From NCBI RefSeq assembly GCF_036323395.1, contig NZ_AP028907.1:1620001-1652000 (forward strand): a stretch of DNA of 32,000 nt, read 5' to 3'. Under the pieces are notes generated by a model that did no database searches, was not told the origin of the DNA, and saw only the letters and a program-made list of their open reading frames with translations. Every line of letters starts with the position of its first letter. The first letter of the stretch is position 1. Made by a program: the position numbers and the translations under genes. Shown piece by piece: positions 17,278 through 26,986 of the stretch. The DNA is from Pyrodictium abyssi. GTDB lineage: Archaea; Thermoproteota; Thermoprotei_A; Sulfolobales; Pyrodictiaceae.

Positions 17278-18132
17278 CTAGCGGCGTGCCAGCTCGAGCA
17301 GGTAGTCCACTATCTCGGCGGCCACGTCCACACCGGTAACAGCGACGGTGTTCTTGAACTCCGGTACCGGGTTCACCTCGTTAACGATGTAGCCGCGCTC
17401 CGGGTCCTCGAACACGTCTACTCCCGCGACCTCGAGGCCCACAGCCTCGGCTGCGCGTACAGCTAGCTCGCCTAGCTCGCCCTCGGTGGGTGCTGGCTCG
17501 GCCTTGCCGCCGCGAGCAGTATTGGTTATCCAGTGGCTGGAGTAGCGGTAGATCGCGGCCACAGGCCTACCGCCGACCACAGTGACCCGTATATCCCGGC
17601 CGGGCTTCTTGACGTACTCCTGGATGAGGTGCACCTTCATCTCGGGCTGCGGCATGTACTCCCGGTGCTCCAGTATCACGCGGAGGTCCTCCCAGTCGTC
17701 GGCCAGGGCTAGCATCCTGCCCCAGCTACCGTTCGTCGGCTTGACCACCACAGGATAGCCTATCTCCTCAGCCAGCTTGCTGGCAGCATCGGAGCCGAAT
17801 GCCACACCGGTGACCGGCGTCGGGACGCCAGCAGCTGCTAGCAGGGAGAGGCTCCACACCTTGTCGTTAGCGGCTGCTGTTGCCTGGCCCCGGTTGACGA
17901 CGCGTACCCCGAGGCTCTCGAGCAGCAGCGTCGAGGAGAGGGCCACGTAGTGGCTTATACTCCTCTGAAGCACTACGCTCGGCAGCTTGGCGCCGAGCCC
18001 CCGGTCGCCTATTATGGCGTAGAAGCTCGGCATGTGTAGCAGCTCTAGCTCCGCGCCACGGCTCCTAGCAGCCGAGACTATTGCCTTCTCCTCCCACCGC
18101 GCCACCATGTACGCCATGCCTATCCTGGGCAA
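17278..18132 (-). CDS. lysX: lysine/arginine biosynthesis ATP-grasp ligase LysX (LysW-substrate ligase)
   Basis: ATP-grasp: YPVVVKPTNGSWGRMLALADD, HLIQEYVKKPGRDIRVTVVGG, SSHWITNTARGGKAEP, GVDVFEDPERGYIVNEVNPVPEFKNT. Confidence 0.93.
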   Translation of the reverse strand: MPRIGMAYMVARWEEKAIVSAARSRGAELELLHMPSFYAIIGDRGLGAKLPSVVLQRSISHYVALSSTLLLESLGVRVVNRGQATAAANDKVWSLSLLAAAGVPTPVTGVAFGSDAASKLAEEIGYPVVVKPTNGSWGRMLALADDWEDLRVILEHREYMPQPEMKVHLIQEYVKKPGRDIRVTVVGGRPVAAIYRYSSHWITNTARGGKAEPAPTEGELGELAVRAAEAVGLEVAGVDVFEDPERGYIVNEVNPVPEFKNTVAVTGVDVAAEIVDYLLELARR

Positions 18133-18275
18133 CCCTGTGTCTACCCCCAGTCTAACGGCTCCGTGCCGGGTGGTGCGACCCTACTATGCAGGGAGTGGTG
18201 CCCGGAGAACCCCGGGCCCCGGGAAAACACGAGGGGTAAGCGCGGCGGGGCTCCATCCCCGGCCCTGGGCGGGGG

Positions 18276-18458
18276 CTACTCGCCCCAGTCCTCGCCGACG
18301 CCCTCGAAGGGCTTCAGCTCGAAGCTCCCGTCGTCCTTCTTGACCACCTCTAGGGTTACGCCGCAGTCGTGGTCTATCAGCTCGCCGGGCATAGCGTCGT
18401 CTGGTACCTCTACGGGGCCTCCGCATACGGGGCACTTTAGTGTGGGCATCCCGGGCAA
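18276..18458 (-). CDS. lysW: amino-group carrier protein LysW
   Basis: CPVCGGPVEVPDDAMPGELIDHDCGVTLEVV... with C-terminal EDWGE; the second Met (MPTLKCPVCGG) is the likely start. Confidence 0.93.
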   Translation of the reverse strand: MPGMPTLKCPVCGGPVEVPDDAMPGELIDHDCGVTLEVVKKDDGSFELKPFEGVGEDWGE

Positions 18459-18629
18459 CCCCGGGCTGGCCGGGCAGAGCCCTAGCCCTAATAATGCTGT
18501 CCTTTTTCGTGCAGTGCTGATTCATTTACCAGTCGTCTCGGTATCCGCACCAGGTGATGAGGCGGTACTCCTCTCCCCAGGCCTTGGTGGGGCTGGACTA
18601 AACCGGGTGCATGGTTGGAACCCGTCAAG

Positions 18630-18666
18630 TAGCACCAGACGGTTCTCCGTGTAACACCTGGTGCTA
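18630..18666. repeat. perfect 9-bp inverted repeat in the lysW-lysY divergent region
   Basis: tagcaccag (18630-18638) ... ctggtgcta (18658-18666), about 84 nt upstream of the lysY start. Confidence 0.55.
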
Positions 18667-18749
18667 TGGACGGAGCCTGTCTTCGCGGTGGTGCGGTGGG
18701 CGTACCAGACCCCTAAAACCCCCTGGCTCCACTGGCCCCTGGCCCTGGG

Positions 18750-19820
18750 GTGCTGTGGCAGGTGGCTTACCAGGTCGCAGTGCTCGGCGCCTCAGGCTAC
18801 ACGGGCGGCGAGCTACTGAGAATACTCGCGCTACACCCCGAAGCCGAGGTCGTGGTAGCAACGTCTAGGGAGTACGCCGGGAAGCCGATACACTTTGTCC
18901 ACTTCAACCTCCGCGGCTGGTACCGGGGGCTAAGGTTCACCCCATTCAGCGTAGACGCGGTCCTCAAGAAGGAGGTCGACGTTGTGTTCTCTGCGCTCCC
19001 CCACGGCGTCGGGATAGAGTACACCAAGACCTTCTACGAGTCCGGGCTCACCGTGGTGGACCTCAGCGCTGACTACCGTCTCAAGGACCCAGAGGCCTAC
19101 AAGAGGTGGTACGGGTTCGAGCACCCCTACCCAGACCTCCTAGAGAAGGCTGTCTACGGGCTCCCCGAGCTGCACCGCGACGAGCTCAAGGGGGCCCGGC
19201 TTATAGCGTCTCCAGGTTGCAACGCCACGGCGGCGATACTAGCATTAGCACCGCTCGTCAAGGAGAAGCTCATAGACACGAGCAGGATACTCGTAGACGT
19301 GAAGGTCGGTAGCAGCGAGGGAGGCTCAAAGCCCACGCGGGGCAGCCACCACCCCGAGAGGGAGAACGCGATAAGGCCCTACGAGCCCCGGGGTCACCGC
19401 CACGCCGCCGAGGCCGAGCAAGAGCTATCCAGGCTAGCTGGCGCCCAGGTAAGGGTCTCCCTTGTGCCCCACGCGGTCTCCGCGATAAGAGGCGCGCTCG
19501 CCAGCGGCCACGCCTGGCTAGCAAGAGAAGCCGACGAGAAGACATTGCTCCGCGTCTACGCCAGCTTCTACCGTGAGAGCCCCTTCGTACGCATAGTTTA
19601 CGGCACGCCGCCCGGCTACCCTGACCCCAAGTACGTGGCTGGCAGCAACTACGCAGACGTAGGCTTCGCGGTAGAGGAGAGACTGGGTAGAGTAACAGGC
19701 TTCGCGGCCATAGACAACCTGGTTAAGGGCGCAGCGGGCCAAGCTGTGCAGGCCTGGAACCTGGCTGTGGGTCTCCCCGAGGACACGGGGCTAAGGATAC
19801 TCCCGCTCAAGCCGGCCTAG
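18750..19820 (+). CDS. lysY: [LysW]-L-2-aminoadipate/glutamate 6-phosphate reductase
   Basis: ArgC-family: VAVLGASGYTGGELLRILALHPE, VFSALPHGVG, VDLSADYRL, YGLPELHRDELKGARLIASPGCNATAAILALAPL, GGSKPTRGSHHPERE. Confidence 0.93.
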   Translation: MLWQVAYQVAVLGASGYTGGELLRILALHPEAEVVVATSREYAGKPIHFVHFNLRGWYRGLRFTPFSVDAVLKKEVDVVFSALPHGVGIEYTKTFYESGLTVVDLSADYRLKDPEAYKRWYGFEHPYPDLLEKAVYGLPELHRDELKGARLIASPGCNATAAILALAPLVKEKLIDTSRILVDVKVGSSEGGSKPTRGSHHPERENAIRPYEPRGHRHAAEAEQELSRLAGAQVRVSLVPHAVSAIRGALASGHAWLAREADEKTLLRVYASFYRESPFVRIVYGTPPGYPDPKYVAGSNYADVGFAVEERLGRVTGFAAIDNLVKGAAGQAVQAWNLAVGLPEDTGLRILPLKPA

Positions 19821-19866
19821 CGGCGCCTGAAGGCGAAAGGCGGAGAAGAGGGGGTGGGCCCAGGAG

Positions 19867-20688
19867 ATGGTCACGATAGTGGTCAAGGCGGGTGGCCGCG
19901 CACTGATGAACAACCTGGAGAACATAGTCTCCTCCGTAGCGGCCGCCGCCCAGCAGGGCCACCGCCTGGTCTTCGTCCACGGCGGCGGCGACCTCGTAAC
20001 CGAGTACGAGAAGCGGCTAGGGATAGAGCCCCGGTTCGTAGTCAGTCCCCAGGGCATCCGGAGCCGCTACACCACCGAGGAGGAGCTCGAGGTGTTCGTA
20101 ATGGTGCTCGGCGGGCTCCTCAACAAGCGCATCTGCAGCCGCCTAGCAGCGCTCGGCGCGAAGCCGGTAGGCCTAACCGGCGTGGACGGGCTCGTACTCC
20201 GGGCTGAGAGGAAGAAGAGGATAGTGATACTCGACCCCGAGACCGGGAGGAAGCGCGTAGTACCGGGCGGCTATACCGGCAGGATAACCAGCGTCAACAA
20301 GGACTTCCTCTGGAGGTTCCTAAGCGACGGTTACACCCCGGTAATGGCGCCAATAGCCTACGACCCCGGCGAGGGCGTGCTCCTCAACGTCGACGGAGAC
20401 CAGGCGGCAGCACGCGTAGCAGGCGCCCTCCCCGCAGACGCGCTCATAATACTCACCGATGTCGATGGCCTAATACTCGACGGGAAGGTCGTGGAGAGGC
20501 TCACCACGAGCGAGGCTGAGAAGCTCCTAGAGGAAGGCCGGATAGGCCCCGGGATGAACAGGAAGATACACGAGATAATCCGTGCAATAGACCAGGGCGT
20601 CAAGTACGCCGTGATAACGAATGCTGCCCAGCCCGACCCTGTGCAGAGAGGCCTAGAGGGCCACGGCACTGTGATAGAGCAGGGCTAG
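19867..20688 (+). CDS. lysZ: [LysW]-aminoadipate/glutamate kinase
   Basis: ArgB-family kinase: IVVKAGGRALMNN, LVFVHGGGDLVTEYEKRLG, LINVDGDQAAARVAGALPADALIILTDVDGLILDG. Confidence 0.93.
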   Translation: MVTIVVKAGGRALMNNLENIVSSVAAAAQQGHRLVFVHGGGDLVTEYEKRLGIEPRFVVSPQGIRSRYTTEEELEVFVMVLGGLLNKRICSRLAALGAKPVGLTGVDGLVLRAERKKRIVILDPETGRKRVVPGGYTGRITSVNKDFLWRFLSDGYTPVMAPIAYDPGEGVLLNVDGDQAAARVAGALPADALIILTDVDGLILDGKVVERLTTSEAEKLLEEGRIGPGMNRKIHEIIRAIDQGVKYAVITNAAQPDPVQRGLEGHGTVIEQG

Positions 20689-20917
20689 CAGCGGGGGACG
20701 TCTCTAGGAAGACGAGCGGGCTTGGGGTTCGGCTGTCCCTCGCCCACCTCATAGCCCCGCCCGGGGGCTCAGCGGCCCATCAGGGTGGCTGCAGCCGTCC
20801 ACACCCCGGGTTACTATTGTAAATACCGTACCCCTTCCTCTTCATACCCGCGGGTTTTAGGCCTGCTGTGGAGCCCCCTGGGCGCGCATACTCCTCGTCG
20901 AGGAGAGTCTAAAACAT

Positions 20918-22099
20918 TTAAAACAGGCGGGTTATTATCTCCTCCACTGTCTTCTCGGCCTTGTCCGAGAGCTTCTCCAGGTGCTGGGTTGTCGTGCGGA
21001 GCCTCTCTGCCAGCAGCAGCTCCAGGGCCTCGGCCTCGCTTAGCCCGCGGCTCTGGAGGTAGAAGAGCTGCTCGCTGGAGATGCGGTACTGTGCAGCATG
21101 GTGGCTAGCGTGCTCCACGTCCCCAGTGTCTATCTCCATGAGGGGCATAGTGTAGCCTCGGGCACGGTCACCCACTATTAGCACCTCGGCCTCGAAGCTA
21201 GCGCTGCTGCCGCGCGCAGTCTCGCGGATGCTAGCCACACCGCGTGCAGCCACTAGGCTCTCGTCTAGCGCGAACCCGTACACCCTTACGCTGCTCTTGC
21301 TCCTGGGGCCCTGGTGTGTCGTGTCCGCTATGATGTCCAGCCTCTGGCTCCCAGTCGCCACCCCGGCGCCCCGGTGCACTAGGCTAGCGTTACCGGCTAG
21401 CAGGGTCTCCTCCTCAACGCGGTGCATAGCCGAGCCAAGGGCTATTGTGGCTGAGCGAAGCCTGGCGCCCTCCAGGACTAGGCGGCGCCCGATGAGCGCG
21501 TGCGCAGCGCCCTCCGGGGCCCGGACTATGGTCAGCACTTCTAGGCTAGAGCCCTCGCCTACCAGCAGCTCCACGGCCGTGGAGCCCCCAGCTGACGGCC
21601 GTATGTCGAGTAGCAGCCCAGCCTCTACGCCTGGCCTGGCGACCACTACTAGGTGGCTGCTACCCCAGGCGCCGCGGGGCCCACAGACTGCTACACGGTA
21701 GGCCCCGGGCTCACGTATCTCGAGCACATAGGCTTCCTCCAGGAACGCGTAGTGGGCAGCGGTGAGCCGCGTCTCGTCAACCCGCAGCATTGAGGCAAAG
21801 AACCCGGCTAGCTCCCTGGGCGCCTCCTCCAGCCGGTACACCTGGAGCCCGCTGGCCGCGGGACCCCCGGTGCACGCGCCAACGGCTGCATCGTAGCCCT
21901 CTAGCCCCTTCTGCTCTGGCGCTCTGCCCCCGGCCTGCTGGAGAGCTGCTGCTAGCTGCTTCTCGAACAGCCTCCAGTCAGTGTAGTACTTCGTAGTAGG
22001 GGAGTCTGCTAGGTGCTGCCAGGGTAGCTTGTCGAGCAGCTCCCTGGCCCGGCGTCTAAGCTCCTCTAGGCTCTTCTCCACCTGCTCCTGCCTAGACAT
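20918..22099 (-). CDS. sufD: Fe-S assembly SufBD-family scaffold protein
   Basis: SufBD core: GARLRSATIALG, RLDIIADTTHQGPRSKSSVRVYGFALDESLVAARGVASIRETARGSSASFEAEVLIVGDRARGYTMPLMEIDTGDVEHASHHAAQYRISSEQLFYLQSRGLSEAEA. Confidence 0.9.
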   Translation of the reverse strand: MSRQEQVEKSLEELRRRARELLDKLPWQHLADSPTTKYYTDWRLFEKQLAAALQQAGGRAPEQKGLEGYDAAVGACTGGPAASGLQVYRLEEAPRELAGFFASMLRVDETRLTAAHYAFLEEAYVLEIREPGAYRVAVCGPRGAWGSSHLVVVARPGVEAGLLLDIRPSAGGSTAVELLVGEGSSLEVLTIVRAPEGAAHALIGRRLVLEGARLRSATIALGSAMHRVEEETLLAGNASLVHRGAGVATGSQRLDIIADTTHQGPRSKSSVRVYGFALDESLVAARGVASIRETARGSSASFEAEVLIVGDRARGYTMPLMEIDTGDVEHASHHAAQYRISSEQLFYLQSRGLSEAEALELLLAERLRTTTQHLEKLSDKAEKTVEEIITRLF

Positions 22100-22132
22100 G
22101 GCGTCCCCACTCTCCGGCTCCTCCTGGATGCT

Positions 22133-23563
22133 TTAGCCTAGGGCGCCGTACTCACTGAACTCGAGCTCGATGACCTTGGAGAGTATGCCTAGAAGCTCCA
22201 TGGGCAGCGCCTTTAACGCGTCCTGGATGAAGCCGAGCACTATCATCGCCTTCGCCTCGCCCTCGCTTAGGCCGCGGCTGTTCATGTAGAATAGCTGGTC
22301 CTCGCCTAGCCTGCCCACGCTAGCCTCGTGCGTCACCTCGGCAGTGGGCTCGTCGACCTCGTTCCTGGGGTAGGTGTATGCCTTGCTCCGCTCGTCCAGG
22401 ACCAGGCTGTCGCACTGCACGTGGCTCACGCTACGGTAGGCGCCACGGTTCACGCGGACTAGGCCCCGGTAGACGGAGAGGCCGCCGTTGCTGGATATGC
22501 TCTTCGAGATTATCACGCTCCTCGTGTCTGGCGCCGCGTGTATCGCCTTACCACCCGTGTCCTTGATGTAGGGGCCGTTCGCTATGGTTACGGAGACGTT
22601 CCGCGTAGACGCGCCGCGGCCACGGAGTATGGTTGTCGGGTAGGTGTATGTTATCCTGCTCCCTATACTCCCCTCTAGCCACTCTACGTGCGCGCCCTCC
22701 TCGGCTATAGCGCGCTTGTTGTTGAAGTTTATGATGTTCCTGCTCCAGTTCTGCACCGTGTAGAAGTGCACCCGGGCGCCACGGTGCGCGTAGATCTCCA
22801 CCATGCCGTCGTGGAAGCTGAACCCCTTGAGCATGGGGGCTGCGCAGCCCTCTATGAACTCTATGTAGCTGTTCTTCCCCGCCACGAGCAGTGTGTGCTC
22901 GAACTGGCCCTCCAGCTCGCTGCCTATGAAGAAGAACGCCTCCAGAGGCTGCGTGAGCCTAACGCCGGGCGGCACGTAGACGAAGGCGCCGCCGCTCCAC
23001 AGCGCGTGGTGCAGCGCGGCGAACTTGTGGTCAGAGGCGGGGAAGACCCTGCCAAAGTACTGCTTAACCAGGTCAGGGTAGCGCTTCACAGCCTCCTCCA
23101 TAGGTAGCAGTATCACACCCTTCTCCTGGAGCTCCTTCTTCACCAGGTTCAGCACAGCCTCGCTGTCGAAGACAGCAGTGAGCCCCGATAGTAGCCTCGC
23201 CTCAGCCTCCGGCAGCCCGAGCTTCGCGTAGTACTCCTTCATCCAGCCTGGGAGGTCCTCCCAGCTCTCCGCCTTTTCAGCCTTAGGCTTCACGTAGGCC
23301 GCTATCTCCTCCAGGTCTATCTCCTCGATACCGACGACCCAGCGGGGCATAGGCAGCTTGTAGAACAGCTCCAGGGCGCGGAGCCTTAGGCGGCGCATCC
23401 AGTCGGGCTCCTTCTTGACACGGGATATCTCCTCCACGAGGCTCCTCTCGATACGGCCCCTTATCTCTATCTCCTTCGGGTACGGCTTCTGGAAGCCCAG
23501 CAGCTCCTCGACACTATGGGCTCCCAGCACCTCCCTTAGAGGCGCGGGGCGTACACCAGCCAT
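22133..23563 (-). CDS. sufB: Fe-S assembly protein SufB
   Basis: 476 aa: SGGAFVYVPPGVRLTQPLEAFFFIGSELEGQFEHTLLV, YTVQNWSRNIINFNNKRAIAEEGAHVEWLEGSIGSRITYTYPTTILRG, DEPTAEVTHEASVGRLGEDQLFYMNSRGLSEGEA. Confidence 0.97.
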   Translation of the reverse strand: MAGVRPAPLREVLGAHSVEELLGFQKPYPKEIEIRGRIERSLVEEISRVKKEPDWMRRLRLRALELFYKLPMPRWVVGIEEIDLEEIAAYVKPKAEKAESWEDLPGWMKEYYAKLGLPEAEARLLSGLTAVFDSEAVLNLVKKELQEKGVILLPMEEAVKRYPDLVKQYFGRVFPASDHKFAALHHALWSGGAFVYVPPGVRLTQPLEAFFFIGSELEGQFEHTLLVAGKNSYIEFIEGCAAPMLKGFSFHDGMVEIYAHRGARVHFYTVQNWSRNIINFNNKRAIAEEGAHVEWLEGSIGSRITYTYPTTILRGRGASTRNVSVTIANGPYIKDTGGKAIHAAPDTRSVIISKSISSNGGLSVYRGLVRVNRGAYRSVSHVQCDSLVLDERSKAYTYPRNEVDEPTAEVTHEASVGRLGEDQLFYMNSRGLSEGEAKAMIVLGFIQDALKALPMELLGILSKVIELEFSEYGALG

Positions 23564-23569
23564 ACCGTG

Positions 23570-24331
23570 TCACCTCTCTTGGCCGTTGCCTGTGTAGGCC
23601 CGGTAGCCCTCCTGCTCGATCCTCCTAGCTAGCTCTGGGCCGCCCTCGTCCACTACACGGCCGTTGACCAGCACCACTACGTGGCTCGGCTCGACGAACT
23701 GGAGTATCCTCGCGTAGTGGGTTATCACGAGGACGCCAGCGCCCTGCTCCACTAGCTCGCGGATAGCACCGGCAATGACGCGTACGCCGTCCACGTCGAG
23801 GCCGCTATCCGGCTCGTCGAGGACTACGTAGCGGGGGCGGAGCAGGAGGAGCTGGAGCATCTCAGCCCTCTTCCGCTCGCCGCCGCTGAAGCCTACGTTG
23901 ACCTCCCTCTGCAGCATATCGGGGCGGAGCCCTAGCCGCTCGGCCAGCTCCCTAGCCTGCTTGAGCAGCTCGGGCCGCGGCATGCCTATGAGCCGCTCGT
24001 CGACGCCGAAGCGCCGGTTATACGCCGCTGCTATGAAGTTTATGAAGCGTACACCCGGCACCTCTACGGGGTTCTGGAAGCCGAGCATTAGCCCGCGGCG
24101 GGCCCTCTCGTGGGGAGGGAGCCCGGTGACGGGCTCGCCGTCTAGGAGCACCTCGCCGCTCTCGACACGGTAACGCGGGTGACCCATCAGGGTATAGGCT
24201 AGCGTAGTCTTACCGCTGCCGTTGGGCCCCATAAGCGCTACTATGCTGCCCGGGGGAACCTTGATATCTACTCCACGGAGTATAGTCTTGCCCTCGGGGC
24301 CTGCGACCAGGCCTCTAGCCTCTAGCGCCAA
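23570..24331 (-). CDS. sufC: Fe-S assembly ATPase SufC
   Basis: LVAGPEGKTILRGVDIKVPPGSIVALMGPNGSGKTTLAYTLMG, FSGGERKRAEMLQLLLLRPRYVVLDEPDSGLDVDG. Confidence 0.97.
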   Translation of the reverse strand: MALEARGLVAGPEGKTILRGVDIKVPPGSIVALMGPNGSGKTTLAYTLMGHPRYRVESGEVLLDGEPVTGLPPHERARRGLMLGFQNPVEVPGVRFINFIAAAYNRRFGVDERLIGMPRPELLKQARELAERLGLRPDMLQREVNVGFSGGERKRAEMLQLLLLRPRYVVLDEPDSGLDVDGVRVIAGAIRELVEQGAGVLVITHYARILQFVEPSHVVVLVNGRVVDEGGPELARRIEQEGYRAYTGNGQER

Positions 24332-24572
24332 AACCCGGCACCCACCTTTATCACCTGTTAAAGAAGCGGGCTATAAGCATACCGGTATAGTCGGAGACCA
24401 CGACGTGGAAAACCCAGCACAATGCTGTGCTACTTCTAGACTCGGAGGCACAACAGCTGCTAGTAGCCTACAGTACAGCCGCTGTAAGCAGCTTTAGGCC
24501 CCGCCCTTGAAGAAGCAGTGCGTCCAGTACAGTGGCTGAACAACGTCCATAAACTCGGCATGAGGTAAGATT

Positions 24573-24598
24573 ACTATAATATACTATAATATACTATA
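24573..24598. repeat. 10-bp AT-rich tandem repeat (about 2.6 units)
   Basis: actataatat / actataatat / actata(g), in GC-rich surroundings. Confidence 0.7.
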
Positions 24599-24754
24599 GC
24601 TGCTATACGCGGTTTATCTATCATCCACTTGCTCGGCATAGCTATTAGCTACAAAGTCTAGTACTTCACATCTATAAACAGATATTCCGAAAAGACATCC
24701 GGGCAGCAGAGTTATATAGCAGAACCGTGGCCGCTACAGCACCCCTGAAGAGCA

Positions 24755-25225
24755 ATGCAGCGCCAGCAGCCAGCTAGGCGCAGAGCAACCATACCGGGCC
24801 CAGCCACCAGCGGGAGCCAGAGCCCGCCACACACCCCAGGAGGGCACAGCCACCTGCTATTCTACGCGCTACTAGTCTTCACGATACTTCACATAGCAGA
24901 CATGTACACCACGCTACTCTGCATAGAGAGCGGTGTAGGAGTAGAAGCCAACACAATAGCAGCACTCTTCGCCTCAAGCCCGCTAGGCCTACTACTCTTC
25001 ACCATGCTGGGCCTAGCCGCGTTCACGGGCCTAACACTAGCAGCAATGCTCTACATGGAGAAGTACCAAAGCTTCCCCCTAGCCAGGCCCATAGGCTACG
25101 CCGTGGTATATGCGCACGTCCTAGGCAAGCTGGTCACAGTAGCCAACAACACCCTAGTCTACCTAGGCCACCCAGGGCTGAAAGCGCCACCACCCATCTC
25201 CTTCTTCCTAGTGACAACCACATAG
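24755..25225 (+). CDS. DUF5658-like multi-TM membrane protein
   Basis: LLFYALLVFTILHIADMYTTLLCIESGVGVEANTIAALFASSPLGLLLFTMLGLAAFTGLTLAAMLY, then GYAVVYAHVLGKLVTVANNTLVYLG. The true start may be internal. Confidence 0.6.
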   Translation: MQRQQPARRRATIPGPATSGSQSPPHTPGGHSHLLFYALLVFTILHIADMYTTLLCIESGVGVEANTIAALFASSPLGLLLFTMLGLAAFTGLTLAAMLYMEKYQSFPLARPIGYAVVYAHVLGKLVTVANNTLVYLGHPGLKAPPPISFFLVTTT

Positions 25226-26798
25226 CCCGGTAGCCCGGAGAAGGCCACCGGCACCTGCTAGGCCGTGTCTCAGCCTCACGCGTGGTACAGCCGCCAGCGC
25301 AGCAACCAGGGCCAGGAGCGCTAGCCAGCTTAGACCCGGAGCCCGCTGGCCCATGAATACAATAGGCCGGGCTCCCCGAGTCATTAGAGACCTCTACACC
25401 GTGTACGGGCAGGCCCAAATCTTCAACCCTAACAATGCCGGCCAGAGCAGTCGCGGCTCCAGCCCCTACGTCAACGGGCTCAACGACAGCCTTGGATACG
25501 TTTAGCTGGAAACCAGGCGCATCGGCAACCTCTACACCTATGCTCCGCCCGAGCATACTAGGCTCAAAGGTGCCGATGACCACGCAGCTCTCACTGTTCT
25601 CGCCCTCCGCGTGGCCGAGGAAGTAGAGGCTGCTGCTCGGCGGCACCCATACACCCTCAACCCTCAGGCTTGACGCGCCATACACAGTAGGCGCCCAGAC
25701 ACGCACCCCGGGTGCCGCGTCGAACACATCTCGATGCACGGCTACAACGGCTCCAGGGTTGCTCATGCAGTTAGCGTCAACGTAGAGGTATCCGTCTGCG
25801 TAGAAGAGGCCAGCGGCATAGATGTACAGCATGGTGGTGTCCTTGTCGCTGCAGACGCTATCGGCGCTGATCTCGACGGCGCCCCGGGGCGTCCAGCTGC
25901 CAGGCTCCAGGCGGAGCAGGTACAGGGTGGCGTTACGCCCGTAGCTGGTAGAGAAGGCTGGTGACACGGATAGGGCGAGGTAAATGTACTCACCGTCGCT
26001 GGCAATGTTGTGGACGAGGGCGGTGTTGTTGACTAGCACAAGCGTGCTGGCCAACGGTCTACCGGCCTTAGCAGCCTCTGCAGCGTCGTTTGCATCCATG
26101 GCTAGGATGCCGACTGGCGACAGCATGTAGAGCTTTCCGCCTATAAGCCGGAACCCTTGGAGCCATAGCCGCGTAGCGTTGTAGACTGCGAGCAGCCTCG
26201 CGCCGGGAGGCCTAGAGGGGGTCGAGCACTGCCAGGTAGCTGGCGAGCACCGGCCGCCCCACAGTAGCATCTGGTATTCGCGGGCATGCAGTAACCACCA
26301 TAGCTGCATAGAGTAAGTCGCTATCATCGTCATATGCCAGGCCGTTAGCGGGGACGAAGACCCGGCAGCCGCCGACACCACGGAACGTGACATCACCCCC
26401 GCCACGGGGTCCAGGCCCTACTCGCCCCCAACGTCTACGAAGAATATGGACGGGTACTCCCCGCCCTCAACCACAACGTACAGTGACTCGCCGCTACCAG
26501 CCGCGGACCCTACTCTCGAGGCTTGTACGCCGGGCCAGTAGCGCAGCACAGCCTCTCCGTCGCCTTGCTCGTCTACGCATGCGAGGAGGAGAGACTGGCC
26601 ATAGAGGCCAGAGACACAGACAACACCACCATCTAGAGCGGCGAAGCCGCTCGGCGCCGAGAACGTAGCGCCATCCACATGGACGCGGAGAAGCCATCCT
26701 TCCTGGCCGCTAGGCAGCTGGACCAGCGCCAGGAGCAGCACGGGGATAAGGAGCAGCATTACCGCAAAGACGAGTCTCCGGACTCGCACAGCTGGCAT
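25205..26798 (-). pseudogene. secreted/surface protein with N- and C-terminal TM segments, disrupted by about three single-base shifts
   Basis: N-terminus VRRLVFAVMLLLIPVLLLALV (26798->26418). The middle needs frame changes near 26416 and 26217. The C-terminal TM (APGLSWLALLALVAALAAVPRVRLRHG) lies in another frame reached near 25374, with stop at 25205-25207. Confidence 0.6.
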
Positions 26799-26898
26799 CC
26801 ACCCTAGGGGGCTAGGCTAGGGCCCAGCCGGGCGCCGGGCCTCCAGGGGGCTCCTGCGGGAGCAGTAGGCGGTTGGGAGCAGCGTGGGCGTAGGGGTG

Positions 26899-26986
26899 TG
26901 GTGCGGGGGGTGGGATTTGAACCCACGCCGGCCTACGCCAGCGGGTCTTGAGCCCGCCCCCTTCGACCTGGCTCGGGCACCCCCGC
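26899..26986 (-). tRNA. tRNA-Leu(CAA), CCA encoded
   Basis: GCGGGGG TG...GCGGG CTCAAGA CCCGC...long variable arm...GTGGG TTCAAAT CCCAC CCCCCGC A CCA. 7-bp acceptor pairing, class II; 85 nt body (26902-26986) plus CCA. Confidence 0.95.

Noticed and set aside
18554-18610. Possible C/D box sRNA starting at ggtgatga
   Set aside because: A C-box-like motif is present, but no convincing D box (CTGA) or C'/D' pair at proper spacing.
18163-18654. Plus ORF 18163-18654
   Set aside because: Antisense to lysW; low-complexity Ser/Pro.
26281-26405. Annotated N-terminus of ORF 25134-26405 (MAGVMSRSVVSAAAGSSSPLTAWHMTM...)
   Set aside because: The other frame here reads GGDVTFRGVGGCRVFVPANGLAYDDDSDLLYAAMVVTACPRIPDA, which fits the surface protein better; the listed start is probably out of frame.
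5868-26645. Shared phrase ctagagcggc near 5873 and 26635
   Set aside because: Too short and unstructured; considered chance.
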